Positions 12,614-24,257 of a DNA stretch of 64,000 nt are shown here, piece after piece (position 1 is the stretch's first letter; every line of letters begins with the position of its first letter). Both the position numbers and the translations under genes were made by a program. The notes beneath the pieces were generated by a model. It worked only from the letters and a program-made list of their open reading frames with translations. It was not told the origin of the DNA and made no database searches. The stretch lies in NCBI GenBank assembly GCA_964252035.1, contig OZ176200.1; one strand, written 5' to 3'. Source of the stretch: Podarcis erhardii (Eukaryota).

Positions 12614-13859
12614 CTATAATGAATGGGATGAATAAAAACAGAAAGCCACTCAGAGATGAGGAAGAAGGAAAGTCCCTCTTGTTATCTCATCTAACACCAG
12701 TACAAGGCAGCATTCATCTTTATGTGGCATTAGCCGAGCTGAACAAATATCCTCATAGGGGAGAAGTTCCCTCTGGCCAATACCATTTGTGTTAAATAAC
12801 TGCCATGTTGAAGAGCAAGCCTGCAGAACTCCTGGCACCATCTACATCTTGAGTGGTTTGGCTCAGCTTCTTCTCAGAGTTGCCACCATGAACTAAACTG
12901 TTGAAAGTCACCTACTCCACCTCTTTACAAAAATGGGTTGTTCTATGAACAGTTGCTAAAGGACTGAACCTAAGGGTACTAGCGGTGGGAGTAGGGAAAA
13001 AGGATAAAGGATAAGACTGCAGGCAAGTAATGTCCCAATGGAGGGAGGGGGTACTATATATGAAGAGTTTCAGGAGCTCAATTTGGGGGCTGAATTATTA
13101 CCTTCTTGTGAGGATTTGGGAGGATAAAATGCAACATGGAGGTGATGCCTGGAAAGCTGTTCTGGATGATAAACAACAGCTTGGGAACTCTGAAACTTCC
13201 ATATTCATTGTTGCCATAATACTCCCCCTTATTTTTGTTTGATAAAGGTGCAAATGAAAGTCTAATGTCATGTTTCTGCTCAGAGTATTAGTCTTATGCT
13301 TTTGTGAGCTTTTCTTTGGAATGGCTAAGACGATATTATTTTTAAAATATTTGCTTGAATACAGACAGATATTCAAATCATAGCAGCTCAGTATCCTTGG
13401 AGAAGACTTGGAATTCTCAAGGAAGCTATTTTTTTCCTCTGGGTGTGCTCAACCTTTAAAAAAGATGAAGTTCACTCCACAGATAAACACAAGTGTATTT
13501 TGCCAAGGCATTATTAACAATTCAAAGCAAGGCCGATGAAAAATATTATTTCATTTGCAGGGACCTCATTCCTTCAACTCAATGAAGTACTTTCACATCT
13601 AACAAAGCATGAAGCTGAAGTAAAGAGTTAAAACAAATAAAAAACCTCTCCAAATACGTATGTATTTTCTATTTTAGAGTAAAAATTATCTAACTCAAAT
13701 GTGTAGCCAGATCATTCCCTTGAATAGAAAGCTGGGAAATTACAACACAGATTTCTCCGGTGCAATAGAGTTCTAACTAGAAGCCTTCATCATTAATCTA
13801 CATACCGCTCTAACACAGAGCTTGCATAGACACTGCATTCGAACTTCACAATGACTTAC

Positions 13860-14051
13860 CCCTTTTATGAAGCAGCTTTTATTAAGCATTTCATAGTCCC
13901 AAAGGATGATGTCTCCACCTTTGGAGCCCACAGCAACTGTGCTGGGGTGCGTTGGGTGCCATTCCAAGCATGTGACCCTCCTGTCAAAGGGACTTGCTGT
14001 GCGGAACAGGCGGTACGAATAGAGGGAACGTACAAAGGGCACCTGAAGACA
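13860..14051 (-). CDS. DDB2: DDB2 coding exon 3 ([33 protein letters not shown]...FIKG)
   Basis: Acceptor taacag|, donor GGG|GTAAGT; 192 nt, phase 0 to 0. Confidence 0.96.
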
Positions 14052-14064
14052 CTGTTACAAAGAC

Positions 14065-14067
<3 letters not shown>

Positions 14068-14117
<50 letters not shown>
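14068..14117. repeat. (GA)25 microsatellite
   Basis: Read directly. Confidence 0.95.
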
Positions 14118-14120
<3 letters not shown>

Positions 14121-14196
14121 GCCCTGCAATTCCCATATACTCAAGTCTGTGCTACTCTTCCAACTATACTGCTAACAGGTTCAACTGTGGACCATA

Positions 14197-14438
14197 CAGT
14201 GGCACCTCGGGTTAAGTACTTAATTCGTTCCGGAGGTCCGTTCTTAACCTGAAACTGTTCTTAACCTGAAACACCACTTTAGCTAATGGGGCCTCCTGCT
14301 GCCGCTGCGCCACCAGAGCATGATTTCTGTTCTCATCCTGAAGCAAAGTTCTTAACCCGAGGTAATATTTCTGGGTTAGCAGAATCTGTAACCTGAAGCG
14401 TATGTAACCTGAAGCGTATGTAACCCGAGGTACCACTG
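14197..14438 (+). mobile_element. Tigger/pogo-like MITE family A, copy 1 (242 bp)
   Basis: TA|CAGTGGCACCTCGGGTTAA ... TAACCCGAGGTACCACTG|TA; near-identical to the copy at 37532. Confidence 0.9.
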
Positions 14439-15576
14439 TATTACACTACATGCATCCATATGTATTTTCCCTCTAATTTTCTTTTTTAACAGAAAACACC
14501 CTCTAGATCAGGTGTGGATCAGGAAGCTTTTTGGCCAGATCTTCATCTCCCCACACCCTGCAGGCTAACTTTGATAGGTGAGTCAATCAGCTGTCAATCA
14601 GCTGATGTCATAATGTTGTCAACATGCATTTCTGCATCTAGATAATGCAAGCTTCATAGAGGTAAAACAAGAGGAGCTGTGGAACTCTTTACCTGCTCGT
14701 TTTTCTACTTTAAATTGTTCCCCTCCCCAGCTGGTTTTCTCCAGAAATGATAAGGGGAAAAGGAATATGGTGAGAAGATGAGCAACACAACAATGAGAAA
14801 TTATTATCCTGTCCATACAGGGGCAAGAGTGAAAAGAAATGGTACTATGTATTTCCAGAATTAAAGTTTTACATTTGATGTGGTGGAGGAAAGGAAAAGT
14901 TTGTAGATAGCCATAGTTTAGCGTTGCCTCTCATCATAACCTTAATGCTATGAGCCTGAACAAAGCACTACAGTCACACACTCCCCCTTCTCCTTGCCTC
15001 CTCCTGCATGGCTAAATCAGCAGAATTTACTTTAGCTTTTAAAGAACCTCAGCTTAGTTACAATTGAACCAAGGATGTTGTTTTTATAGAAACTCCAGTT
15101 AGCCTATCAAAACAGGCCAGCTTCATAATCCATGGTTTCGAGTTGACTTGTTATGAAACTTACTAGAGTTTTGTTTTAAACCAGGATTCCTGGTTCAAAA
15201 ATAATGCTAAGCCAATATAGTTTAAAAGTGGAAGTACACTCTGCCCGTATCCCTCTCCCAATTGCACAGGAGGAGGTGGATGGAGAGTCAGTCTTTCTCA
15301 AGCTCATTCTAGCTAAACCATCATTTAGCATTATGTGCAAATGCAACCAGAGTGTCATGCAGTCAGGTGGATTTTTAAAAAGGAAAAATCTACACATGGC
15401 TGTATTATGCATACTATAGTATAGAGGAGGGAACATAAACATGGGTCAAACAGTCAATAATAACAGAACTGTAACTCTTTTCTCCTCCACACTACTATGC
15501 AGAGTATGCATTTAGATAGAAATAGAAACTGCAGGAAATTCAGGTGTTCAGCCAGTTTGTAAGGAAAAACACCTAC

Positions 15577-15707
15577 CTTTCTGAGCTGTGTCCCAATAGC
15601 ACCACCCAGCATATTCTGATGTAGATAATGGACAATGTTCTTCTGTGTTTCTCGCTGATGGAAGAACACCCCTGTTTTTCTGACCATGGATCCATGGAAA
15701 GCTTCTC
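15577..15707 (-). CDS. DDB2: DDB2 coding exon 2 (EAFHGSMVRK...NIVHYLHQNMLGGAIGTQLRK; DDB1-binding helix-loop-helix region)
   Basis: Acceptor tgtctggcag|, donor AAG|GTAGGT; 131 nt, phase 1 to 0; IVHYLHQNMLGG matches the recalled non-mammalian DDB2 HLH motif. Confidence 0.9.
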
Positions 15708-16217
15708 CTGCCAGACAACAGCAAAAGTTATATTACTACCTACTTACATGCTCATTTAGGACAGATTTCAGGTTTTTAAAAAATAAAATAAAAATGGACA
15801 CATACCCCAAACTGGAGCCAGGTGCAACGAAACAAAAAACATACTTTAAAACAAATTCTAGTCAGTTTTCAAAACAAGCCACTTCAAATCATGAGTTATA
15901 AGGCTGGCTTGTTAAATTAACCAGAGCCTATTTTAAACTGCAATCTCTGGTTAAATTGTAATAACAAGCCAGGATTCTGTGAAATCAAAATAAAACACTG
16001 CTGAAGTCTCTTGCTGGACATGTTGAAGGAGGTAGGAAGTATACAAGCCCAAGTTTGGGTTGGACTCATTCCAGCTTCTTACACATTTAATGCTAAACTA
16101 CTACATGCAAAGTACTCCACTGAGTTCAATGAGGCTTATTCTCAGGTTAAGTATGAATAGCATTGCAGGCTAACTCTCACTACACTAGATTAGGAGCAGC
16201 AGACTTTGGGAACCACT

Positions 16218-16582
16218 ACACAGCGGGTGGCACTGAGGTCTAAACCATAGAGCCTAGGGCTTGCCAATCGGAAAGTCAGTGGTTCAAATCCCCGCAACAG
16301 GGTGTGCTCCCATTGTTGAGTCCCAGCTCCTGCCAACCTAGCAGTTCGAAAGCAATTCAAAGTGCAAGTAGATCAATAGGTACCGCTCTGGCGGGAAGGT
16401 AAATGGCGTTTCCGTGCGCTGCTCTGATTCGCCAGAAGCGGCTTAGTCATGCTGGCCACAGGACCTGGAAGCTGTCCGTGGAAAAACGCCGGCTCCCTCG
16501 GCCTATAGAGTGAGATGAGCGCCGCAACCCCAGAGTCATCTGCAACTGGACCTAATGGACAGGGGTGCCTTTACCTTTACTT
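16218..16582 (+). mobile_element. Sauria SINE
   Basis: Collinear with 39155-39528: tRNA-like head, CCCAGCTCCTGCCAACCTAGCAGTTCGAAAGCA body, ACCTTT tail. Confidence 0.88.
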
Positions 16583-16910
16583 TACACTAGATTAGGGGCA
16601 GCAAACATGGGCAACCACTGGTCAGGTAGGCGTATAATATTGAGTGGTTCAAGTTTCTGAGCTACTCAAACTCTTCAGCTGGCTGGGTGTTAAGCAAAAA
16701 AAACGGGGTAGTGAGAAGACTATGCAAGGAAATAACAATGGCTGCAACAGGCCTGGAAAAACCACAGAGGCTGTATTTTGCCCCCTTTCTGAACTGAAAT
16801 AGGTTAGCAGTCAGTATAGCTCTACCAGGTTAAAAATGAGCTAAAAAGTAAGATAGCTGGAGACATCATTCTTAAAGCACAGTGGAAGAAAATAAGTATT
16901 GGCCCAGTTT

Positions 16911-16973
16911 AGGATAAAAGCCGCCCAGAGTGGCGGGGGAAACCCAGCCAGATGGGCGGGGTACAAATAATAA

Positions 16974-17013
<40 letters not shown>
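16911..17013 (+). mobile_element. 3' end of an L2-type LINE with (TTA)n tail
   Basis: GCCGCCCAGAGTGGC...CCCAGCCAGATGGGCGGGGTA followed by (TTA)n; same family as 41026-41215. The L2 assignment is from recall. Confidence 0.6.
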
Positions 17014-17014
<1 letters not shown>

Positions 17015-19714
17015 AGCACAATATTCCAGATACTTCCAAATGCATGAGAACATAAACCCCAGCCAAGCCCCCCGGAGTTCCTGCAGAAACAGAATATTCC
17101 AGGTTTGTTCTGTAGTCTACAGAAAATGTGCAGAGCTATTGGCAGGCTGTTCTCAACAAACAAACCTGCTGACTCTTCATGGAAAAGTCTAAAAACACTG
17201 TTGTCCAGGGAGAATTTTGCTGAGCAACTCAGCTTGGGATTTGTTTTCGAACATTGGTTCTGTGTTTTCTGTTTAATCACCAGAGACATCTACAGCAACA
17301 CAGAATCTGACTGCAACATGTCTAATCACCCCCAAAGCAAAGGAATAAGGCAGATTGCAATTTCTTAGGAGTCAGACAACAGTCCTCATCATGAGGTAGA
17401 AGCAGATCAAATGAAACTCTTGAAACATGTATTTTTGCAAGGAAGGGTCCATAATAAAACAAAAGTGCTTCCTTAGTCAACCAAAAGGAGAGAATATTAA
17501 GGATGCAACCCCCATTCTAATATCAGCAAAACTCCCCATAGATTTTAACTGGCCTGGTAAATCTCTATGTCACAGCAGCTTACCTGCTGTTTAAAATATA
17601 GATCTTCTCCATTCATATGCAAAGCAGTGGGGCTGCTACTAAAAGGGGGCACAAACAGAGGTGTTGAGTGCTCCCCCATCCCTGGCAAGTACTTTTCTTA
17701 TAGTCAGTCTTACTTTAAATGAGAGATTTCCAAACTATGTGCCGTGACACCGTAGCGTGTCAGCTGCAGTGTGTAGGTATGTCACGCGAACACTTCCTGC
17801 GCTCTTCCTGGGGCTGGAAAGGGGGTAGTTTAACCTCTGGTTTCCTAGTAAAACTGAATTGCTGTGTTGCAAATTGATGCATGTCTAAAAAGTGTGTCAC
17901 CAACATGAAAAGTCTGGAAAGCTCTGCTTTAAACATGGAGCATGAGAGTGCCTGAAAAGGGTTTAAACATTCCACACTCTACTGGCCCTTTCCACCACAT
18001 GAATGGGGCAGACCCAGATTTCAAAAGATGCAGTCTCATTATTGCCACATACAGTATTGGGTTTCTGTCATTCCGCAGCTGGGAGACTCCTCATCAGAGG
18101 ACAACCTGTACTCCCCAGCACTACGACAAGCCTGGGATCAAACTCAGGCTGAGGTGAGGCCATCCACACCACAAGTGAGTTCAGCCTCTAGGGTGCGTGT
18201 GCACAAGTCCTGAGCCTGGAGGAGAGATGGTACCTCAAATGCTAGACAAGATTCACCTCATTAGAAGGGCCTGAGTGCAGACAAGCACTCCATAGGGGCC
18301 AATGAGACTTCTGGATGAAGGCAGCTGATAGGAGTCATCTGGATTCAGGGTGGGAGTCCAGCACTTCCAGCTCAAAAACCCCCTCATATTTGGCTGGAAG
18401 AACTGCTGGAACAATGCCTTTGTACCAGAAATGTGACAGATTTGGCTGACTGACTAGCCTAAGCCTGACCTCAGACCTGTCACCTGCCATGCCTTTGTCT
18501 GCCCATGGATTAAACTTGAAGATGACCTCAGACTATCCCGAACTTGCCTCTCACTAGACTTCTTGTTTTAGGCCCTGATTACTTGGACCATAACCTTGGA
18601 TACCACTTCTGCTTGTGCTCCTGTCAGTATTGCCTTAACCCTAATCCTGTTTCCTAAAGAATCTAGTGAGAGCAGTACAGCCCAATTTTGAACATGTATA
18701 TGTCCAATGCTTTTACACTTCTAGCCTTATCTGCACTATTGAGAGACTTCTAATGTCAAAAGACTTTTAACACAGAGAGTTATATTTGGACCTGCTTATA
18801 TCATGAAGATTATTTCTTTAAGAGGCTTTATTTTCTAACGTTTTTCGGGTTGTACAAAGCTTCATCCTCTTTTTAAAGCCAGCGCAGTTTTTTGAACAAT
18901 ACTCGTAAAATAACATTCAAACAAAAACTAAGTGAAGTGTTAAAATAGGTCCATAAAGGGAGATATGGAAAAGATAGATTAAAGTGCTTTTACCAGATAA
19001 ATTGGAAAGGCAAAATATACTGGACTGCTGAATGGGATAAATAAGTCTCAAGGAAAGTTGACCAAATGTTCCTGTGCTTGTCTTTGTGTTCACATCAATG
19101 CATTACTAGTTCAAATAAGGCAAGGGAGTGTAAACCATTCATTCATTGTTGTATGGAAAGGAACAGCTTCTCCTTCCAGCACTGAAGCACCATTCATTTC
19201 TCTGACCCTGGAGCACACATGACTCAGGGCCCAGTGGTAAATTCCAAATAGCAGGAATGCAATTGTAAAACATGCATATATCTGAAATATAATGAAGTTT
19301 GCAGGACCAAATTAAATAATTACCAGAACATTAACTCAAAAAGTGTTACAACTGAGCAGCCCCACATGAAGCGACAAAGAATTTGATTTCTGCTTCACAT
19401 TGCTGTACAAAGCATACTTTTAAAAATCTCCCAATTTTACTATGTGGGGATTAAATTAACTTTGTTAGTTAAGAGGCAAACCACCAAAACAAGCTGCATT
19501 TAGAGCTGATTTCATTATTACTGTTTTGGCCTAGAGAGGAGCAAAAGGCTTGCAGGAAAAATGACAGGGGGAAAGATTAAATATGAAGAGATCAAATTAC
19601 ATGTACCCATGGTCTGTTAGCAATAGCAACTATCAGAACAAACAATATCAACAGAATCAAATTGCATTAGCATTACATAGACACATATAAGAAATGTATG
19701 TTTTAAGGCCTTAC

Positions 19715-19889
19715 CCATTTTTTCCAGAATCTTGGGGGCTTTTTTCACAAGAAATTTATTTGCATATGGCTCATTTTCCAGCTCTCTGGTGTCTCGCTTC
19801 CTTTTCCCAGTTGTTTTTGCCTCTTTTTCTGATGGACACTCAGGAGACTTTTGTAGTTTCTTGTCCCTTGACTGCTTCCCAGGGGCCAT
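19715..19889 (-). CDS. DDB2: DDB2 coding exon 1 (MAPGKQSRDK...KILEKM)
   Basis: Acceptor tttaccag|A then ATG at 19889; donor G|GTAAGG at 19714 (phase 1); basic N-terminal tail typical of DDB2. Confidence 0.88.
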
Positions 19890-20137
19890 TCTGGTAAATC
19901 ACTGAGAAAGACCAACAGAGTGGGGGATATAGTCATAGAAGAACTCTTTAGATTCTTAAGAAAAGTAGCATACATTTTTAAAGTAGCTTAAAATGGAAGT
20001 AAACAGCAAAATGTAACATGAGATTTCAAGCCCCACCATTTCATAAATCCTCACCAATACTTTATTATTATGAATTCTCTTTTTACATTTATATCCCAGT
20101 TTTCTTCCATCATGGAACTCCAGATAGCATGCAAAAG

Positions 20138-20264
20138 TTCTGAGGAGGTTCTGAGGAAGTGTGACTAGCCCAAGGTCACCCAGCAGCTGCATGTGGAGGA
20201 GCAGGGAAGCGAACCCGGTTCACCAGATTATGAGTCCACCGCTCTTAACCACTACACCACACTG
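20138..20264 (-). mobile_element. 5' part of a tRNA-derived squamate SINE (Squam3-like; family name tentative)
   Basis: Minus strand reads CAGTGTGGTGTAGTGGTTAAGAGCGGTGGACTC...GGGTTCGCTTCCC...GGGTGACCTTGGGCTAGTCAC (A and B boxes plus CORE-like segment). Confidence 0.7.
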
Positions 20265-21989
20265 ACTTTCCTTTCTGCAGTATCCAACAACCCCCTGTTT
20301 CATTTCTTCCCAGAAACTAAGGATTGCTCGCTTAGTACTGTATAGGTATTCTTCTCCCTTCCCTTGATCTTAAGAGGATAAGAGCAACGAATATCAGAAA
20401 ACGAAGAATTGCCATGAAATTGCCATAATTGAAGTTGTTCAATCTCTGAAGCATCAGATGTTAGTAACTGACTGGGTGAGGGCAAAACAGACTGAAGCTT
20501 AATCCAGACAAGACAGATTCGGAACAGATAAGTACTTCATTATGCAGCGCAGAGTTAAACTATGCAATCGACCTCAATAAAATAATATTCTTGTGTACAG
20601 TCTATAGATATTTTAACTTGAAGCAGTCATAAGGTGTTTAATTATTCTACAGTTGCATTTCACAATTATTATTATTTTTTAAATTATTATTAAATTTATT
20701 ACGTGCCCTTCATCAACAGCTCCCAGAGTGGGTTACAACAATTTAAAATTCAGTGTTAAAAACAGGTCAAATAGTCACAGGAAAAGGTTGGTAACTTGAA
20801 ACACACACACATCTCAGATGCCAAATGCTAGGATAAATAAACAACAGCCCAGTAATGAGAAGCAGACCGGTAGTGGTTGTAAGCAGGGGGAGATGAAAAA
20901 TCAGAGTGGGGTGGGACTGCGTTCATATCAATTATTCTCAGCAGGAATAAAACCTCATTTAATTCTGAATAAAACATACCAAAACGAACTGACTATATAT
21001 TATTCTGTAAAGGCAACATGCCTGGGGGTGAAATAATGTAAAATAGCAAAAGCACTTTGACAAACATACTCCAGTATCCTCAATCCAGCTTCTCCTGTTT
21101 TTCCCCCTGCTGCTCTGAGGGGCTTCTCCCAAGTCCCAAGTGGGGAGGAGGAGGTCAACATTCATTCGTCTGATTGCTTAGGGACAGTCCTTAACAATGG
21201 TGCTGTCTGCGGAGTGCCAAAGCATTGAAGCTACCTCCATGTTTTGTGCCCTTTCTTCAGAAATGGCCAAGTGATTTACTTTTTTATAAAAAATGAAAGT
21301 GAAAAATTGGGAGGGGGTTTTCTGCTGGTCTTTGGGCCTCCAAATCCTAGCCCTTTTACCCATCTGTTAGTGGTCCTGGGTCAACCTGTATTCAAAAGGC
21401 ACTGTAAGCAAATGTAGCCAATGGTTGCTAGACAAATTATGCCACTTCCTGCTCTTTCCAAATAAATTTATAATAGTTTCCTAATGGCCATATGATATTT
21501 AATGACAAAGCAATTTATTTTACCACGTTTATTATCAAAATAGATAAGTACAAGGAGTTGCGGTGGCGTGCATTTGATTATGAGACCCTCAGAACAAAAT
21601 CCCTGTTTAACACCTTGTGTTGTCTGTGTCCTTAATAATAACAATTATGATGATGATACTTTGGGGCATTATTCAGCGGCTAAAAAGCTCCCCTTTCATG
21701 ATGACTGGGCAGCTCTAGGACGCTGGAGACAGGAACCTTCCTGCAGGAAAAAAACAAAACGGGTCTTTGACCCCTGCAACCCTGAAATACTACACCACTG
21801 ATCTTAACACATAAAATATTTCCACCAGTCTGGAGAATTGCTAAGTGCAATGATCAGAAATCCCCGGAAGGAAAAAATTCAAGAAACCACCGTATAAGCA
21901 AATGCTGCAGGGGGGCTCCTCCTCCTCTCTCTCTCTCTTCCTCAAATACAGCACGTGAAACAACTTTCAGTTTTATGTAAGTTCAATAT

Positions 21990-22650
21990 TATTAGCATAC
22001 CAGAGGCGGGCCAAATAGTACAAGGCTGCCTAAGTAGAACCGCCCGCCCTCCCCGCCCTGGACCAAAAAGAAAAAAGCCCACCGCCTTTCAAGCGTGAGG
22101 GGACTTTGAAATAAGGTCGGGGGCAGCAAGGCGGTGCCTGAAGCAAAGAAGGAGGTCCTTGGCATCGGATAGCAAGAAGCAGGGAATGCAAGCGAAGGGG
22201 AGGGCTTTGTATCCTCCGAGGGGGGAAAGCGCCTCCCGAGCGCGGGAGCCTCCGCCACAAGTTACAAGGGGTGCAAAGGGGAAGCGGTAGCCAAGGGCGC
22301 CCCCTCACCTGAACTCCCTTGACCGCACGCTCCTTGCTAACGAGGCCGCCCCGGCTGAGGAGTGGATGGCCAAAAGGCGCGGGAAGAAGGAGCCGCCTCC
22401 TCGCCGGTTTCATAACCTGATGGGGGGGGGGAGTGTAGAGGGAGGGAGGAAGGAGGGAGCCGAGAAGAGCTTTACGCGGGAAATTAGTCGGGTTCCGGCG
22501 TGGCTTCGGAGTGGGAACCGTGTGGCTGGCAGGCGAGCAGGCAGCCTCCCTCGGCTGGGCGCTTTCTCTTTCCTCTCGCCGGAAGGAGGCGCCACGAAAT
22601 GGTCTGCAGCTGCACCGAGAAAGAGCTCTCCCCGCGGCCTTACGTTTACG
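21990..22650 (-). promoter_or_regulatory. CpG island / DDB2 promoter with E2F-type sites (TTTCCCGC at 22476-22483; TTCCCGCGCC at 22376-22385, minus strand)
   Basis: GC- and CpG-rich block within AT-rich flanks; motifs read directly. Boundaries estimated by eye. Confidence 0.7.
22309..22450 (-). other. DDB2: Probable non-coding first exon of DDB2 (5' boundary approximate)
   Basis: Strong minus-strand donor CAG|GTGAG at 22309/22308 inside a CpG island; the ATG-bearing exon begins at an acceptor (19890), so an upstream exon is required. Confidence 0.6.
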
Positions 22651-23207
22651 TGTAACCTAAACAAGCTCTAGCTTAGGGCCCCACTCTCTTGGAGCCCCCC
22701 CCAAAAAAAAAATTGAAGGAAAAAAACCTGGGCGTACATTTCCAAGATAGAAAACAAATAAAACCTATATACAGCAACAGTGTTTTGTGTTGTATAGGCT
22801 CCTATTGGTTATGTGCAGATGGCTTTAGATACCTATTAGGTCCATAAATTACCATATAGCATATATTCAACACAAAAAAACAGCGACAATTTGCAATTTG
22901 TTGTTGACAAAGGACAGCGGGACATATAAAGGGGCCCTATTACCTTCAGTAGCTTTGGGCCTCATTAAACCTTAATCCGGCCCTGGTTGCACCAGAATTT
23001 GGCCCTGACACCTGATTTATTCGTTCTTTAAATCGTAGAAAGAGAGCTATAGGAGGGTGGTTGCTTCTTTTAAGTGCCTCCGGGAAGCATCCTGGGGCGG
23101 GGAGGAGAAATAAGTTATCTGAGCGTGTGCAGAGTGCCACAGCCATAACCACTGGCAGCTCAAGTGCATAAACAGGTTCACCATACTCAAGCCCCGGAAG
23201 CAGTTAG

Positions 23208-23380
23208 CATAGGAGCCAGCTCCTAGGGGCCGAGGGGGTCTTCGCCCCCTCCCCCCCCCAAAAAAATTGATGGGCATTGCCATTCAAATGGTGTGAGTGC
23301 ACTGTGTCATGTGATTGATTATGCAGGTGGGGCTTACCTAGGGGCCCCCCCCCCAATATTTTATTCAAGTTGGCACCCCG
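23208..23380. mobile_element. Degenerate hAT-type MITE
   Basis: Weak TIR (CATAGGAGCCAGCT ... AGTTGGCACCCCG); 6/8 matching flanks (gcagttag / gcacttgg). Confidence 0.45.
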
Positions 23381-24011
23381 GCACTTGGAAACAGCTAGTG
23401 GGAAAGTGGAGGTTGGGAGATAAATCCCCAAAAGGGAATGAAATCCATGAATATAGTGTGCTACATTTGTGACATTGTTTATTCCAGCTCCTACTGGACG
23501 ACACTCGTGGACATGGTGCAGTAGCGCATAAAAAGCTGGAAAGCTCCAAGCCAGCATGGATTCATATATGAATGTTTCCCCATTTAAGAAACACCATGCA
23601 TGGCGGGGGGGGGGGGGAAGGCATGTTAGGAAGGTGTGACAAGAATGGTATCTCAAATACAACAGTTGCTGCTTACTGTTTTTGCAATGTTTTAAATAGC
23701 TATTTTTAACTGTTTTTACTGGTAATTCCATTGTTTTGTTCTTTTTATAAACAATTTTGAAGGTGTATTTTTTTCTTACAATCAAGGTATAATTTTTTTT
23801 ATTAAATAAATAACATTACAGATTTTAGGCAGGAACCACTCAAACGTGATTCCTCATCCTACAGTCTGAAGCTATATGGTCAAGTTAAGAATTGCATCAA
23901 ATGTTTCTGATTATGTAGCTCAGTACTCTGATTCTCATGAAGATGGAAGCTTTTCTATGCTTCTCTTAGGTGGCTGTTGTACTATGAGATTGTGTTGCTG
24001 GCAGCCCTTTC

Positions 24012-24257
24012 CTAACTAAATCATGTGCCCTCCTTGTACATTAGGCAGGGAAATCAGCCTGAAACCCTCTTTCTGGCCTGTATACATTCACCACTAACTA
24101 AATCATGTGCCCTCCTTGTACATTAGGCAGGGAAATCAGCCTGAAACCCTCTTTCTGGCCTGTATACATTCACCACTAACTAAATCATGTGCCCTCCTTG
24201 TACATTAGGCAGGGAAATCAGCCTGAAACCCTCTTTCTGGCCTGTATACATTCACCA
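24012..24257. repeat. Perfect tandem repeat, 3 x 82 bp
   Basis: Unit CTAACTAAATCATGTGCCC...ACATTCACCA starts at 24012, 24094 and 24176. Confidence 0.95.

Larger units (their letters stand above)
937..19889 (-). other. DDB2: DDB2 gene model (DNA damage-binding protein 2, XPE; WD40 DCAF of CRL4), 10 coding exons, 1530-nt CDS, 509 aa
   Basis: Ten GT-AG-bounded exons (175+131+192+146+100+178+146+165+46+251 nt) join in frame from ATG 19889 to TGA 937. Recognised motifs include [28 protein letters not shown], the FQH lesion-probing hairpin and LNKFNPMGDTLASGMG. Confidence 0.95.

Noticed and set aside
21992-22671. Overlapping ORFs in the DDB2 CpG island
   Set aside because: Same GC-driven artefact; only the uATG at 22413 is kept, as a conditional finding.
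22659-22678. Putative full p53 response element
   Set aside because: Only one decamer fits RRRCWWGYYY; the adjacent decamer TAGCTTAGGG breaks the core.
23204-23785. 193-aa minus-strand ORF
   Set aside because: Runs through an AT-rich tract and a MITE; no coding bias or homology.
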